From Bacteroidales bacterium (GTDB lineage Bacteria; Bacteroidota; Bacteroidia; Bacteroidales; Paludibacteraceae), in assembly GCA_004557405.1 (NCBI GenBank), contig SFDZ01000009.1, positions 15,014 to 79,013 of the forward strand: a stretch of 64,000 nucleotides of DNA. The letters run 5' to 3'. Position numbers and translations under genes: made by a program. Below, one piece after another: positions 8,971 to 18,858 of the stretch. The notes beneath the pieces were generated by a model. It was not told where the DNA came from. It worked only from the letters and a program-made list of their open reading frames with translations, and did no database searches. Each line of letters opens with the position of its first letter. Positions within the stretch are counted from its first letter, which is position 1.

Positions 8971-9414
8971 TTAGTCGTCGATGCGCTTGAAATTGCCCTC
9001 TTTGTCGAACACAACATCAATGCCGGTGTTCAATTCCACAACATAATTGCGCGTGTTACGATCGATTTCGACAATGTATTGTCCGCTGAACCGCGTGTTA
9101 ACGTAGTTCGCAATGCCGGCCGGAATGATGGCTTCCGGCACCGAATCGCGTTGGCAATCGACTTTGATCCATTCGCCGTTTTTGTCAAAATCGACTTCGT
9201 ACAAATTGGTAAAATTGACATCGTAGGTAAATGACAAATTGTCATAATCTTTGACAATCAGAGCGATGTCTAAATTGCTAAAATGCTTATTGATAAACTG
9301 TTGCGCAATAGCGGGCAATTCGTCGAATACAATGGGTGTGTTGTTTTGTTCGCACGCCGTCAGGCTGGTAGTCAGCAGCAATGCCATGACTAAATAGAGT
9401 GTTTTGTTTTTCAT
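8971..9414 (-). CDS. PepSY-like (putative beta-lactamase-inhibitor-like) lipoprotein
   Basis: ORF 8971..9480 trimmed to ATG 9414 (MKNKTLYLVMALLLTTSLTAC, a lipobox). Two repeats of the PepSY-like pattern: LP..a..Fi..hF........v........Y.V.f..g.e..Fdk.G.w. Confidence 0.65.
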   Translation of the reverse strand: MKNKTLYLVMALLLTTSLTACEQNNTPIVFDELPAIAQQFINKHFSNLDIALIVKDYDNLSFTYDVNFTNLYEVDFDKNGEWIKVDCQRDSVPEAIIPAGIANYVNTRFSGQYIVEIDRNTRNYVVELNTGIDVVFDKEGNFKRIDD

Positions 9415-9507
9415 AATAAGAGTTTTTGTAAAGTGAATAAAAAGTATTATCATTATATAAATAAGCAAAAAGCGTGCCAAATAGACAGGTTCTGTTCGTG
9501 GAAAATA

Positions 9508-9523
9508 TTTTTTTTTTTTTTTT
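9508..9523. repeat. T16 homopolymer tract in a divergent intergenic region
   Basis: Sixteen consecutive T (9508-9523), between the PepSY-like gene start (9414, minus) and the DUF4837 gene start (9651, plus). Confidence 0.95.
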
Positions 9524-9650
9524 ATTCGCTGATTATTAGCATTTTAAGATTATTTCTGTGGACCGATTTTGAAAAAAATGATTTTTTTATGCAGTGATAT
9601 GCCGATTTTTAAGTATCTTTGTAAATTGTATTGTAAACAAGTTTTGTGGT

Positions 9651-10691
9651 ATGAAGAACAGCGTAATTAAATTGATCAAACACATGTGGTTGGTGGGCGT
9701 GTGCGTTGCGTGTGTGTCCTGCAATGGCGATACACTTTTGCCCAATGCAAGCGGCGCTGCCAACGAGTTGCTGGTGGTGATGGACGATGCCGACTGGCGC
9801 ACCGACGGCGGTCGGGCATTGTTCGATGTGCTGACGACCGACGTTCCGGCACTGCCGCAAGCCGAGCCAATGTTCGACATATCGCGCGTGTCGCACAGCC
9901 AATTCGACCAACTATTGCACCCGACGCGCAACATCGTGATGGTGCATGTCGATTCGACCCGATATACCAAAGCAACGCTGCGGCTGACGCGCAACAAATG
10001 GGCACGCACGCAGGCTGTGGCTGTCATCACCACTGACAATGCCGCACATCTACAGCAACTGTTGCAACGCAGGCAACGTGTGTTAATCGATTTTTTTGTC
10101 GATGCCGAACGCGAACGCCAAATCGACTATCTGAAACACAATATCAATAGCACGGCATTGCAAAAAGCATACAATAAATTCAACATCAAAATAGCCGTGC
10201 CGTCGAGCCTGAATAAATATAACGAAAGCGATGATTTCTTGTGGATATCGAACGGCAGCGGTACAGCACGTCAGGACATTGTGATTTACTCCTATCCGTA
10301 CACCAGCAAACAGCAACTGACGCGCGAAGCACTGATTGCCAAGCGCGATTCGGTGTTGTGCCGACACATTCCGGGCGCTTTCGAAGGCTCGTGCATGGGC
10401 ACGGCGGTGGCCTACGAACCGCCATCGTTCGAGGAAATTTGGGTCGATAGCGCCTATTGCGCTCAAATGCGCGGATTGTGGGAGATGAAAAACGGCGAAA
10501 CCATGGGCGGCCCGTTCATCAGCCATACGCGTTTGGACGAGTTGCATAATCGCTTGATTACCATCGAGGGATTTGTATTTGCCCCCGGACGCGACAAACG
10601 GAATTTGCTGCGGCAGGTCGAGGCGATGGTCTATTCCGTACAGATGCCGCAAGATGCGATGGCTATTACGGTGGTTGCCCCGCAACAATAA
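9651..10691 (+). CDS. DUF4837-family lipoprotein
   Basis: ORF 9594..10691 trimmed to ATG 9651 (MKNSVIKLIKHMWLVGVCVACVSC, a lipobox). ASGAANELLVVMDDADWRTDGGRALFDVLTTDVPALPQAEPMFDIS matches my memory of the DUF4837 N-terminal block. A TATCTTTG -7 box lies at 9614-9621. Confidence 0.55.
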   Translation: MKNSVIKLIKHMWLVGVCVACVSCNGDTLLPNASGAANELLVVMDDADWRTDGGRALFDVLTTDVPALPQAEPMFDISRVSHSQFDQLLHPTRNIVMVHVDSTRYTKATLRLTRNKWARTQAVAVITTDNAAHLQQLLQRRQRVLIDFFVDAERERQIDYLKHNINSTALQKAYNKFNIKIAVPSSLNKYNESDDFLWISNGSGTARQDIVIYSYPYTSKQQLTREALIAKRDSVLCRHIPGAFEGSCMGTAVAYEPPSFEEIWVDSAYCAQMRGLWEMKNGETMGGPFISHTRLDELHNRLITIEGFVFAPGRDKRNLLRQVEAMVYSVQMPQDAMAITVVAPQQ

Positions 10692-10744
10692 AAACGTAAA
10701 TTTGAATTTATTCAAAATATAAGATTGAAAAATAATCGAATTAT

Positions 10745-11818
10745 ATGGAAAAATTACTAAAAATAGGCATCACGCATGGCGACATTAACGGCGTAGGCTA
10801 CGAAGTGATACTGAAAACTTTGGCCGATCAGCGGGTGTTGGATGTGTGCACGCCGGTTATTTATGGGTCGTCGAAAGCCGTCGGCTATTATAAAAAGGTG
10901 TTGGAATTGGAACACCTGACAGTGAGTGTGGTGAAGTCGGGTAGCGATGCTGTAGCCCACCGCATCAATGTGGTGAACTGTTGCTCCGACGAGTTGAAAA
11001 TCGAGATGGGACAAGCGACTGCCGACAGCGGTTTGAACGCCTTTTTTGCCTTGGATATGGCCACGCTCGATTTGCAAAACGGTGTGATAGATGCCATGGT
11101 AACGGCGCCTATCAACAAAAGTACGATGCCCCAAGATCGTTTTCCCTACACCGGCCATACCGAATATCTGGAAGCAAAAGCCAATCAGAAAGGATTGATG
11201 CTGCTGCTGCACGATGCGTTGCGTGTGGCATTGGTTACCAATCATTTGGCATTGAAAGATGTGGCGGCCAACATCACCGAAGAGCGCATTCTGACGAAAC
11301 TGCATATTCTGCAAAAATCGTTGCGTGTCGACTTTGGCATCCGCACACCGCGCATTGCCGTGTTGGCGCTGAATCCGCATGCCGGCGACAATGGGTTGTT
11401 TGGGCGCGAGGAGACCGAAATCATTGCGCCTGCCATTCAGAAAGCCAACGAACGCGGCATTTTGTGCTTTGGCCCGTTTGCTGCCGATGGCTTTTGGGGG
11501 TCGTCGAGCGTGACGAAGTTTGACGCCGTTTTGGCGATGTATCACGACCAAGGGTTGGCACCGTTTAAGGCCATGTATATGGGCGAAGGAGTTAACTTTA
11601 CGGCCGGATTGCCATTTGTGCGTACCTCGCCCGACCACGGCACGGCTTACGAGTTGGCCGGCAAGAACAAAGCCGATGAATCGTCGTTGCGTCAGGCGGT
11701 GTACATGGCGGTCGATATTGTGAAACAGCGCGCGCAAGAGGCCGCATTTGCTGCGAATCCGTTGGTGATTGACGAAAAAATGTTCGCCGATAAGAAAAAA
11801 AATCGCGAAAATGCGTGA
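10745..11818 (+). CDS. pdxA: 4-hydroxythreonine-4-phosphate dehydrogenase PdxA
   Basis: 357 aa. GITHGDINGVGYEVILK, TGHTEYL, LNPHAGDNG, MYHDQGLAPFK, RTSPDHGTAYE. Confidence 0.9.
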   Translation: MEKLLKIGITHGDINGVGYEVILKTLADQRVLDVCTPVIYGSSKAVGYYKKVLELEHLTVSVVKSGSDAVAHRINVVNCCSDELKIEMGQATADSGLNAFFALDMATLDLQNGVIDAMVTAPINKSTMPQDRFPYTGHTEYLEAKANQKGLMLLLHDALRVALVTNHLALKDVAANITEERILTKLHILQKSLRVDFGIRTPRIAVLALNPHAGDNGLFGREETEIIAPAIQKANERGILCFGPFAADGFWGSSSVTKFDAVLAMYHDQGLAPFKAMYMGEGVNFTAGLPFVRTSPDHGTAYELAGKNKADESSLRQAVYMAVDIVKQRAQEAAFAANPLVIDEKMFADKKKNRENA

Positions 11819-11836
11819 TAGTTCAAAAAAAAGTTG

Positions 11837-11844
11837 TACTTTTG
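11837..11844 (+). promoter_or_regulatory. Candidate -7 box (TACTTTTG) for the trp leader / trpB2 transcript
   Basis: Exact TAnnTTTG match 33 nt upstream of the leader ATG (11877). Confidence 0.4.
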
Positions 11845-11876
11845 CAGCGTCAAAACAGAAATAATTTGATAGAAGT

Positions 11877-11921
11877 ATGATTCAGACGACAAATTTTTGG
11901 TGGTGGCAACCGTTCTTGTAG
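11877..11921 (+). CDS. Trp-rich leader peptide MIQTTNFWWWQPFL (transcription attenuation leader)
   Basis: Below the ORF-track size cutoff. ATG 11877 ... TGG TGG TGG (11898-11906) ... TAG 11919-11921. It sits between a promoter box and an intrinsic terminator, upstream of a tryptophan synthase beta paralogue. Confidence 0.6.
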   Translation: MIQTTNFWWWQPFL

Positions 11922-11978
11922 CAAGGAGGGGCACACGTCGTATTTGTCGTTGTATAAACAAAGTGAAATGAAACGAAA

Positions 11979-12012
11979 GTCGTAGGAACCCTCCTGCGAC
12001 TTTTTATTTTTT
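11979..12012 (+). terminator. Attenuator terminator upstream of trpB2, with a competing antiterminator arm at 11924-11930
   Basis: 9-bp stem GTCGTAGGA (11979-11987) / TCCTGCGAC (11992-12000), loop ACCC, then TTTTTATTTTTT (12001-12012). AGGAGGG (11924-11930, 3 nt after the leader stop) is complementary to CCCTCCT (11989-11995), which spans the loop and the 3' arm. Confidence 0.65.
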
Positions 12013-12058
12013 GGAGAGTGTAATCACATTGTATTTATAACCTAAAACAACAAAAACT

Positions 12059-13420
12059 ATGAAAGTAACAAAAAAAATTGTATTGTCGGAACATGATATG
12101 CCGACTCAGTGGTACAACATTGTGGCCGATATGCCCACAAAGCCGCTGCCGATGTTGCATCCGGCTACCAAGCAACCGATTAAACCGGAAGAGATGGAAG
12201 GTTTGTTTGCCAAAGCGTTGGTAGAACAGGAGTTTTCGCAAGAGCGTTACATCGACATTCCCGACGAGGTGCGCGACTTGTATCGCATCTATCGTCCGAC
12301 GCCGTTGGTGCGTGCTTCGGGGTTGGAAAAAGCGCTCGACACACCGGCCAAAATCTATTTCAAAAACGAGAGTGTCAGTCCCGTAGGGTCGCACAAACTC
12401 AATTCGGCCATTCCGCAGGCCTATTTCAATAAGATTCAAGGTATAAAGCACATGACGACGGAAACCGGCGCCGGTCAGTGGGGCTCGGCGTTGAGTATTG
12501 CGTGCAAACATTTCGGGCTCGACCTGAAGGTTTATATGGTGAAAATCAGTTACAATCAAAAGCCGTATCGCAAGTCGGTGATGCAAACCTATGGCGCACA
12601 AGTCATTGCCTCGCCGAGCGATACCACCGAAGTGGGGCGGCGCATGTTGGCCGAATATCCCGGTACGGCCGGTAGTTTGGGCATGGCTATTTCCGAGGCG
12701 GTAGAGGTGGCAATGACGCAACCCGACACACGCTACGGTCTTGGCAGTGTGCTGAATCATGTCATTTTGCATCAAACGATTATCGGTCAGGAGGCCAAGA
12801 AGCAGATGGAGATAGCCGGCGATTATCCCGATGTGGTGATAGGCTGTTTTGGTGGCGGCTCGAATTTTTGCGGCATCTCGTTCCCGTTCTTGCGCGACAA
12901 TTTTGTCGAGGGTAAGAAAACGCGCTTCATTGCTGCCGAGCCGGCTTCGTGTCCGAAACTGACGCGTGGTAAATTTGAATACGATTTTGGCGATTCCGAA
13001 GGTTTTACGCCGTTGTTGCCGATGTTTACGCTGGGGCACGACTTCGAGCCGGCATCGATTCATGCGGGCGGTTTGCGTTATCACGGAGCGGGCACCATTG
13101 TGAGCCAGTTGCTCAAAGACAACCTGATAGAGGCCACTGATGTCAATCAACTCGACTCGTTCAAAGCGGGCGTACTCTTTGCTCAGGCCGAAGGCATTAT
13201 TCCGGCGCCGGAATCGACGCACGCCATCGCAGCGGCCATTCGCGAGGCGTTGAAAGCCAAAGAAGAGGGTTCGGAGAAGGTCATTTTGTTCAATCTGTCG
13301 GGGCATGGCTTGATTGACATGGCTTCGTATGACCGTTATTTTGCCGGCGAATTGCAAAATTATGCCGTCAGCGACGAAGAAATCGCGCGAAATGTTGCCA
13401 AATTGGAGAAATTAGCGTGA
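12059..13420 (+). CDS. TrpB-like PLP-dependent enzyme (TrpB2-type tryptophan synthase beta chain)
   Basis: 453 aa. The length and the N-terminal extension (PTQWYNIVADMPTKPLP) are typical of TrpB2. PLP-lysine region SVSPVGSHKLNSA; GGGSNF; no adjacent trpA. Confidence 0.85.
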   Translation: MKVTKKIVLSEHDMPTQWYNIVADMPTKPLPMLHPATKQPIKPEEMEGLFAKALVEQEFSQERYIDIPDEVRDLYRIYRPTPLVRASGLEKALDTPAKIYFKNESVSPVGSHKLNSAIPQAYFNKIQGIKHMTTETGAGQWGSALSIACKHFGLDLKVYMVKISYNQKPYRKSVMQTYGAQVIASPSDTTEVGRRMLAEYPGTAGSLGMAISEAVEVAMTQPDTRYGLGSVLNHVILHQTIIGQEAKKQMEIAGDYPDVVIGCFGGGSNFCGISFPFLRDNFVEGKKTRFIAAEPASCPKLTRGKFEYDFGDSEGFTPLLPMFTLGHDFEPASIHAGGLRYHGAGTIVSQLLKDNLIEATDVNQLDSFKAGVLFAQAEGIIPAPESTHAIAAAIREALKAKEEGSEKVILFNLSGHGLIDMASYDRYFAGELQNYAVSDEEIARNVAKLEKLA

Positions 13421-13446
13421 TTGTTTTTTGTGCATCACACAGGCAG

Positions 13447-13484
13447 GCGTCGGGAAACCGGCGCTTGTCGTTTTTTTTTTTTTT
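13447..13484 (+). terminator. Candidate intrinsic terminator after trpB2
   Basis: 7-bp stem GCGTCGG / CCGGCGC with a GAAA loop (13447-13464), then TTGTCG and a T14 run (13471-13484). Confidence 0.5.
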
Positions 13485-13570
13485 GCGGGTTTGACCATTT
13501 TCGACGAAAAAAGATGTTCTTAACGTCAGAATTTTGACCCTTTCAAACTTTTTTCGTATCTTTGTCGGCA

Positions 13571-14875
13571 ATGAATAGCGAAACAGTGGCATATATCGTT
13601 CGTTTCTTGCTGCATGGCAACGATGCTTTGGCGCGGCGTGTGGGTTATACGTCCGACGCGACACTGTTCGGGCATTATTCGGTGGTGGTGGTGCCGTCGC
13701 AGTTCTGGAACGATGGCATTTTTGGCACGCTGCGTGCCGAACCGGCGTTGCCATTGTCCGAGATTGATGGCGTGCCATTGCTTTTCGGTGCGCCGCACGT
13801 GGAGCGGCTGGGCGATACCATAGTTGTTTATGCCGATATTGTGGCGAGCGCATTTTTCCTGCTTTCGCGTTACGAAGAGTGGTTGCATCCGCACGACTTG
13901 CGCGATGTGCACGGACGCTTTGTCGGGCGTCATTCGTTGGCGGCTCGTGCCGGTTTCATTCATCGGCCGATAGTCGATGAGTATGGCGCGTTGTTGCGCA
14001 AATGGTTGCGCGATGCCGGGTGCGCAGTGCGTGAATCGGCTCCAGGTTTCGAGGCTGTCTATCTCACGCACGATGTCGATACGATTGCGTTTTATCGCCA
14101 TGTGCGCGGTTTTTTAGGTGGCATTAAACGGGCTCTTTTCGGACACAATGTGCGCCTTGCCGATGTGTTGCGTGCACAGAAATCGTTGCAGCACGATGCA
14201 GCCTATACGTTTCCTTGGTTGATGGCGCAAGATGCGAGGGTGCCACAAGCGCATGTGATTTATTTTTTCAAAGCTGCAGTCGAAACCGACCGATTCGATT
14301 ATCCGCAATACAATTTGCGTGGTGGCGATGCGCGGCAACTTTTTGTGTTTTTGCGGGATAATGGTTGCGAAATCGGTTTGCATGCAAGTTATTTTTCGGG
14401 CACGCAGCCGGCTGTCATTCCCGATGAACTGCAGAAATTGCAGGAGGCGTTGCAACAGCCGGTAACGGCCAATCGTTGGCACTATTTGCGCACGTTGCAG
14501 CCTGCCGACTTCGGGGCGTTGGTGCAAGCCGGCATCACCGACGATTTTACGATGGGTTATGCCGATGTGGCCGGATTTCGGCTTGGAACGTGTCGTGCCG
14601 TGCGTTGGATTGATGCACAAACCGGCACAGTAACGCCGTTGGTGTTGCATCCACTCATGGTCATGGACTGCACTCTGAGCAACGTCAACTATATGAACCT
14701 CCAAACAGAGGGCGAAGCGTTGGATTATGTCGAAGCATTGTTGTCCGAGGTACAAAAACATCGTGGCGAAGCGGTGTTGCTATGGCATAATAGCAACGTT
14801 ATAGGTGATTCTTATCATAAGTCGCTTTATGTAAAGTTGTTAAGTTGGTTGCGACATAATACTAAGCACGCATGA
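13571..14875 (+). CDS. Hypothetical protein, possibly a polysaccharide-deacetylase-like (CE4-superfamily) enzyme
   Basis: ORF 13562..14875; I prefer ATG 13571 over TTG 13562. AVYLTHDVDT resembles the deacetylase Asp-Asp motif region. It is followed, with overlapping stops and starts, by two glycosyltransferases. The functional call is weak. Confidence 0.4.
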   Translation: MNSETVAYIVRFLLHGNDALARRVGYTSDATLFGHYSVVVVPSQFWNDGIFGTLRAEPALPLSEIDGVPLLFGAPHVERLGDTIVVYADIVASAFFLLSRYEEWLHPHDLRDVHGRFVGRHSLAARAGFIHRPIVDEYGALLRKWLRDAGCAVRESAPGFEAVYLTHDVDTIAFYRHVRGFLGGIKRALFGHNVRLADVLRAQKSLQHDAAYTFPWLMAQDARVPQAHVIYFFKAAVETDRFDYPQYNLRGGDARQLFVFLRDNGCEIGLHASYFSGTQPAVIPDELQKLQEALQQPVTANRWHYLRTLQPADFGALVQAGITDDFTMGYADVAGFRLGTCRAVRWIDAQTGTVTPLVLHPLMVMDCTLSNVNYMNLQTEGEALDYVEALLSEVQKHRGEAVLLWHNSNVIGDSYHKSLYVKLLSWLRHNTKHA

Positions 14876-15969
14876 AACCTCGTATTCTCATACTGACCGA
14901 TCCCTACGGGAAGCCCTCGTATGCTCCTCGTCTGCGGTATTTGTGTGATTATCTTGTACGAAAAGGCTACTCCATTGATGTTTATACCGAGCAGTTTCAG
15001 GCGCACGACTTCCCGCACGACTATCCTATCTATGAGAAGCCTACTCGTCGGAAAATATGGCAATGGGCGATACAATCTTTTTGGTCGTTGCTGACGGATT
15101 ATCGCAATCGCCGATTTTCAAAGTGGGTGCAGCGAGCCACTGCCGACACCCGTTACGATGTGGTCTTTTGCACAACCTTTTCTACTTTTCCGCTCCGCGC
15201 TGCCTATGAATTCGCCCGTAGCCGCCATATCCCGTTCATTGCCGATATTCGCGATTTGGAAGAGCAAGTGCCCGGAGCGCAATACCAGAGCCATCGCCAG
15301 TGGTGGACGCGTCCTTTCCGCCAATGGTATAGGAATGTCAATATCCGTCGCCGCAACCAAGCCCTCAGCCAGGCAGATATGATTACCACCGTTTCTCCGT
15401 GGCATGTAGATTTTATCCAACGAACTATCAATCCCAAGGTGCATTTGATATACAACGGCTATGCGCAGGAACAATTCTATTTTGCGCCTGTCAAGCACTC
15501 GCAATTCCTCATATCTTATATCGGAAAGATATATGATTTTCAAGACCCTACACCCATAGAACAGGCTGTTCGTGAGTTGAATATATCGGACATCGTGCTG
15601 AATTACCACACACCCACACATAATCCTATTCCCATCACTGCCGTCGGCGATGAGATTCGGCGTAGCAGTATCTGCATAGTTTTGACCAACAAGTCGGCTA
15701 AAGGAATGATGACCACCAAGTTCTATGAGGCTTTGGGGTGCGAAAAACCCGTTCTCTGCGTGCCGTCGGACGAGGGTGTATTAGCAACTACTATCAGGGG
15801 CACCAACGCCGGTATTGCCACAGACAACAAGGAAGAGATAAAACAGTTTATCATGGAGAAGTACCGCGAATGGCAAGCCAACGGATATACCCACCAAGCG
15901 GTGCAACACAAGGAGCAATTCTCCCGCGAGTACCAAGCCCGACAGTTTGAAGAACTATTTTTGCAATGA
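14872..15969 (+). CDS. GT-B fold glycosyltransferase (GT4-like)
   Basis: 365 aa. N-terminus MKPRILILTDPYG. C-terminal sugar-nucleotide binding block GMMTTKFYEALGCEKPVLCV (E-x7-E-like). 4-nt overlaps with both neighbours. Confidence 0.7.
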   Translation: MKPRILILTDPYGKPSYAPRLRYLCDYLVRKGYSIDVYTEQFQAHDFPHDYPIYEKPTRRKIWQWAIQSFWSLLTDYRNRRFSKWVQRATADTRYDVVFCTTFSTFPLRAAYEFARSRHIPFIADIRDLEEQVPGAQYQSHRQWWTRPFRQWYRNVNIRRRNQALSQADMITTVSPWHVDFIQRTINPKVHLIYNGYAQEQFYFAPVKHSQFLISYIGKIYDFQDPTPIEQAVRELNISDIVLNYHTPTHNPIPITAVGDEIRRSSICIVLTNKSAKGMMTTKFYEALGCEKPVLCVPSDEGVLATTIRGTNAGIATDNKEEIKQFIMEKYREWQANGYTHQAVQHKEQFSREYQARQFEELFLQ

Positions 15970-16697
15970 CTACAATAAGCGTCATAGTACCCATTTACAA
16001 CACCGCCGCTTATCTGTCAAGGTGTATAGAGTCGCTGGTCAATCAGACCTATAGCGACCTGCAAATCATACTTATTGACGATGGCTCGACAGACGAAAGC
16101 GGCGCAATCGCAGATGAATGGCAAACCAAAGACCCGCGCATTGAAGTCTATCATCAGCTCAATTGTGGTCAATCCGCAGCACGCAATGTAGGGTTGCAGC
16201 ATGCCAAAGGAGAGTACATTGCTTTTGTAGATTCTGATGATTATACGGATAGCAACTATATCTCTACGATGTTTGCTGCTATGGAGGAATGTAATGATTA
16301 TGTACAAATAGGTCATACACGAGTTGATTTACAAGGCAAAGTTATCGCTCGATGCCATCCGCGATACTTCTGTCAATACACGACGCCATGGGGAAGATTG
16401 TATCGCAAAACTTTCCTCGAGCAACACCACCTGCGTTTCCCGGAGGGTATGATTTACGAAGATGTGTTATTTTCGATTGATATGTGGGCGGCGCATCCTA
16501 TGTATAAGACGCTGAATTACAGTGGCTACAACTATATGGTCAATCCTGCTTCGACTACTGCTGTTCGTAACAAAGCGGCAGAAAAAGTGCTTTTTAGCGA
16601 ATTGCATTCAAAATTTCGGGAAGCGACGAGTGTGCGTGTAAAAGTACTGATACTATACACAATGTGGCGCCTGAAACTCCATTTTGCATGGCGATAA
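15966..16697 (+). CDS. Family 2 glycosyltransferase
   Basis: 243 aa. ISVIVPIYNTAAYLSRCIESLVNQTYSDLQIILIDDGSTDESG ... FVDSDD (DxD). Confidence 0.85.
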   Translation: MTTISVIVPIYNTAAYLSRCIESLVNQTYSDLQIILIDDGSTDESGAIADEWQTKDPRIEVYHQLNCGQSAARNVGLQHAKGEYIAFVDSDDYTDSNYISTMFAAMEECNDYVQIGHTRVDLQGKVIARCHPRYFCQYTTPWGRLYRKTFLEQHHLRFPEGMIYEDVLFSIDMWAAHPMYKTLNYSGYNYMVNPASTTAVRNKAAEKVLFSELHSKFREATSVRVKVLILYTMWRLKLHFAWR

Positions 16698-16741
16698 TTG
16701 CCGGAATGTGGCAGATTGTTCGGTGGCAAACCGAATTGTTG

Positions 16742-16775
16742 TGGCAGTGCCTGCTTTTACTGCCATTTTGTCAGT
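16742..16775 (+). promoter_or_regulatory. Half-site cluster upstream of groES (TGGCAGT-N10-ACTGCCA-TTT-TGTCAGT); candidate operator, alternatively the terminator hairpin of the upstream operon
   Basis: Perfect 7-bp inverted repeat TGGCAGT (16742-16748) / ACTGCCA (16759-16765), followed by TTTT. ACTGCCATTTTGTCAGT (16759-16775) recurs as ACTGCCAAAATGTCAGC upstream of dnaK, in gene-sense orientation. Confidence 0.45.
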
Positions 16776-16785
16776 CTTGTGCTTT

Positions 16786-16801
16786 TGGCACGAAATGTGC
16801 A
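16786..16801 (+). promoter_or_regulatory. -24/-12 (sigma-54-like) box TGGCACGAAATGTGCA upstream of groES
   Basis: GG-N10-GC spacing fits TGGCAC-N5-TTGCA; only the first T of TTGC is replaced by G. It ends 48 nt before the groES ATG. The only sigma-A-like -7 box nearby is imperfect (GATGTTTG, 16803-16810). Confidence 0.35.
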
Positions 16802-16849
16802 AGATGTTTGGCGGAAAATTTATATTATTCACAATAAAATCTTAACACT

Positions 16850-18771
<1,922 letters not shown>

Positions 18772-18800
18772 AGACACACATCACCCCTCCGATAACAAAA

Positions 18801-18839
18801 ACGAGCGCTATTGTTCAAAACAGTAGCGTTCGTTTTTTT
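18801..18839. terminator. groEL intrinsic terminator, also the only hairpin available to end the convergent defence operon
   Basis: 10-bp stem ACGAGCGCTA (18801-18810) / TAGCGTTCGT (18824-18833) with one G-U pair on the plus strand, then a T-run at 18833-18839. Read on the minus strand it has one C-A mismatch and is followed by TTTTGTT. Confidence 0.75.
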
Positions 18840-18858
18840 GTTTTGTTTATGCGTGAAA

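Noticed and set aside
11924-11930. AGGAGGG read as a Shine-Dalgarno sequence.
   Set aside because: It lies about 130 nt upstream of the trpB2 ATG and is not followed by a start codon. It is better explained as the antiterminator arm complementary to CCCTCCT in the attenuator hairpin.
16742-16769. Hairpin TGGCAGT-N10-ACTGCCA + TTTT read purely as the terminator of the glycosyltransferase operon.
   Set aside because: I have not fully rejected this; it may do both jobs. However, the stem is only 7 bp with a 10-nt loop and a 4-nt T-run, and its right arm is part of the 17-nt element conserved upstream of dnaK. I therefore report it primarily as a regulatory candidate.
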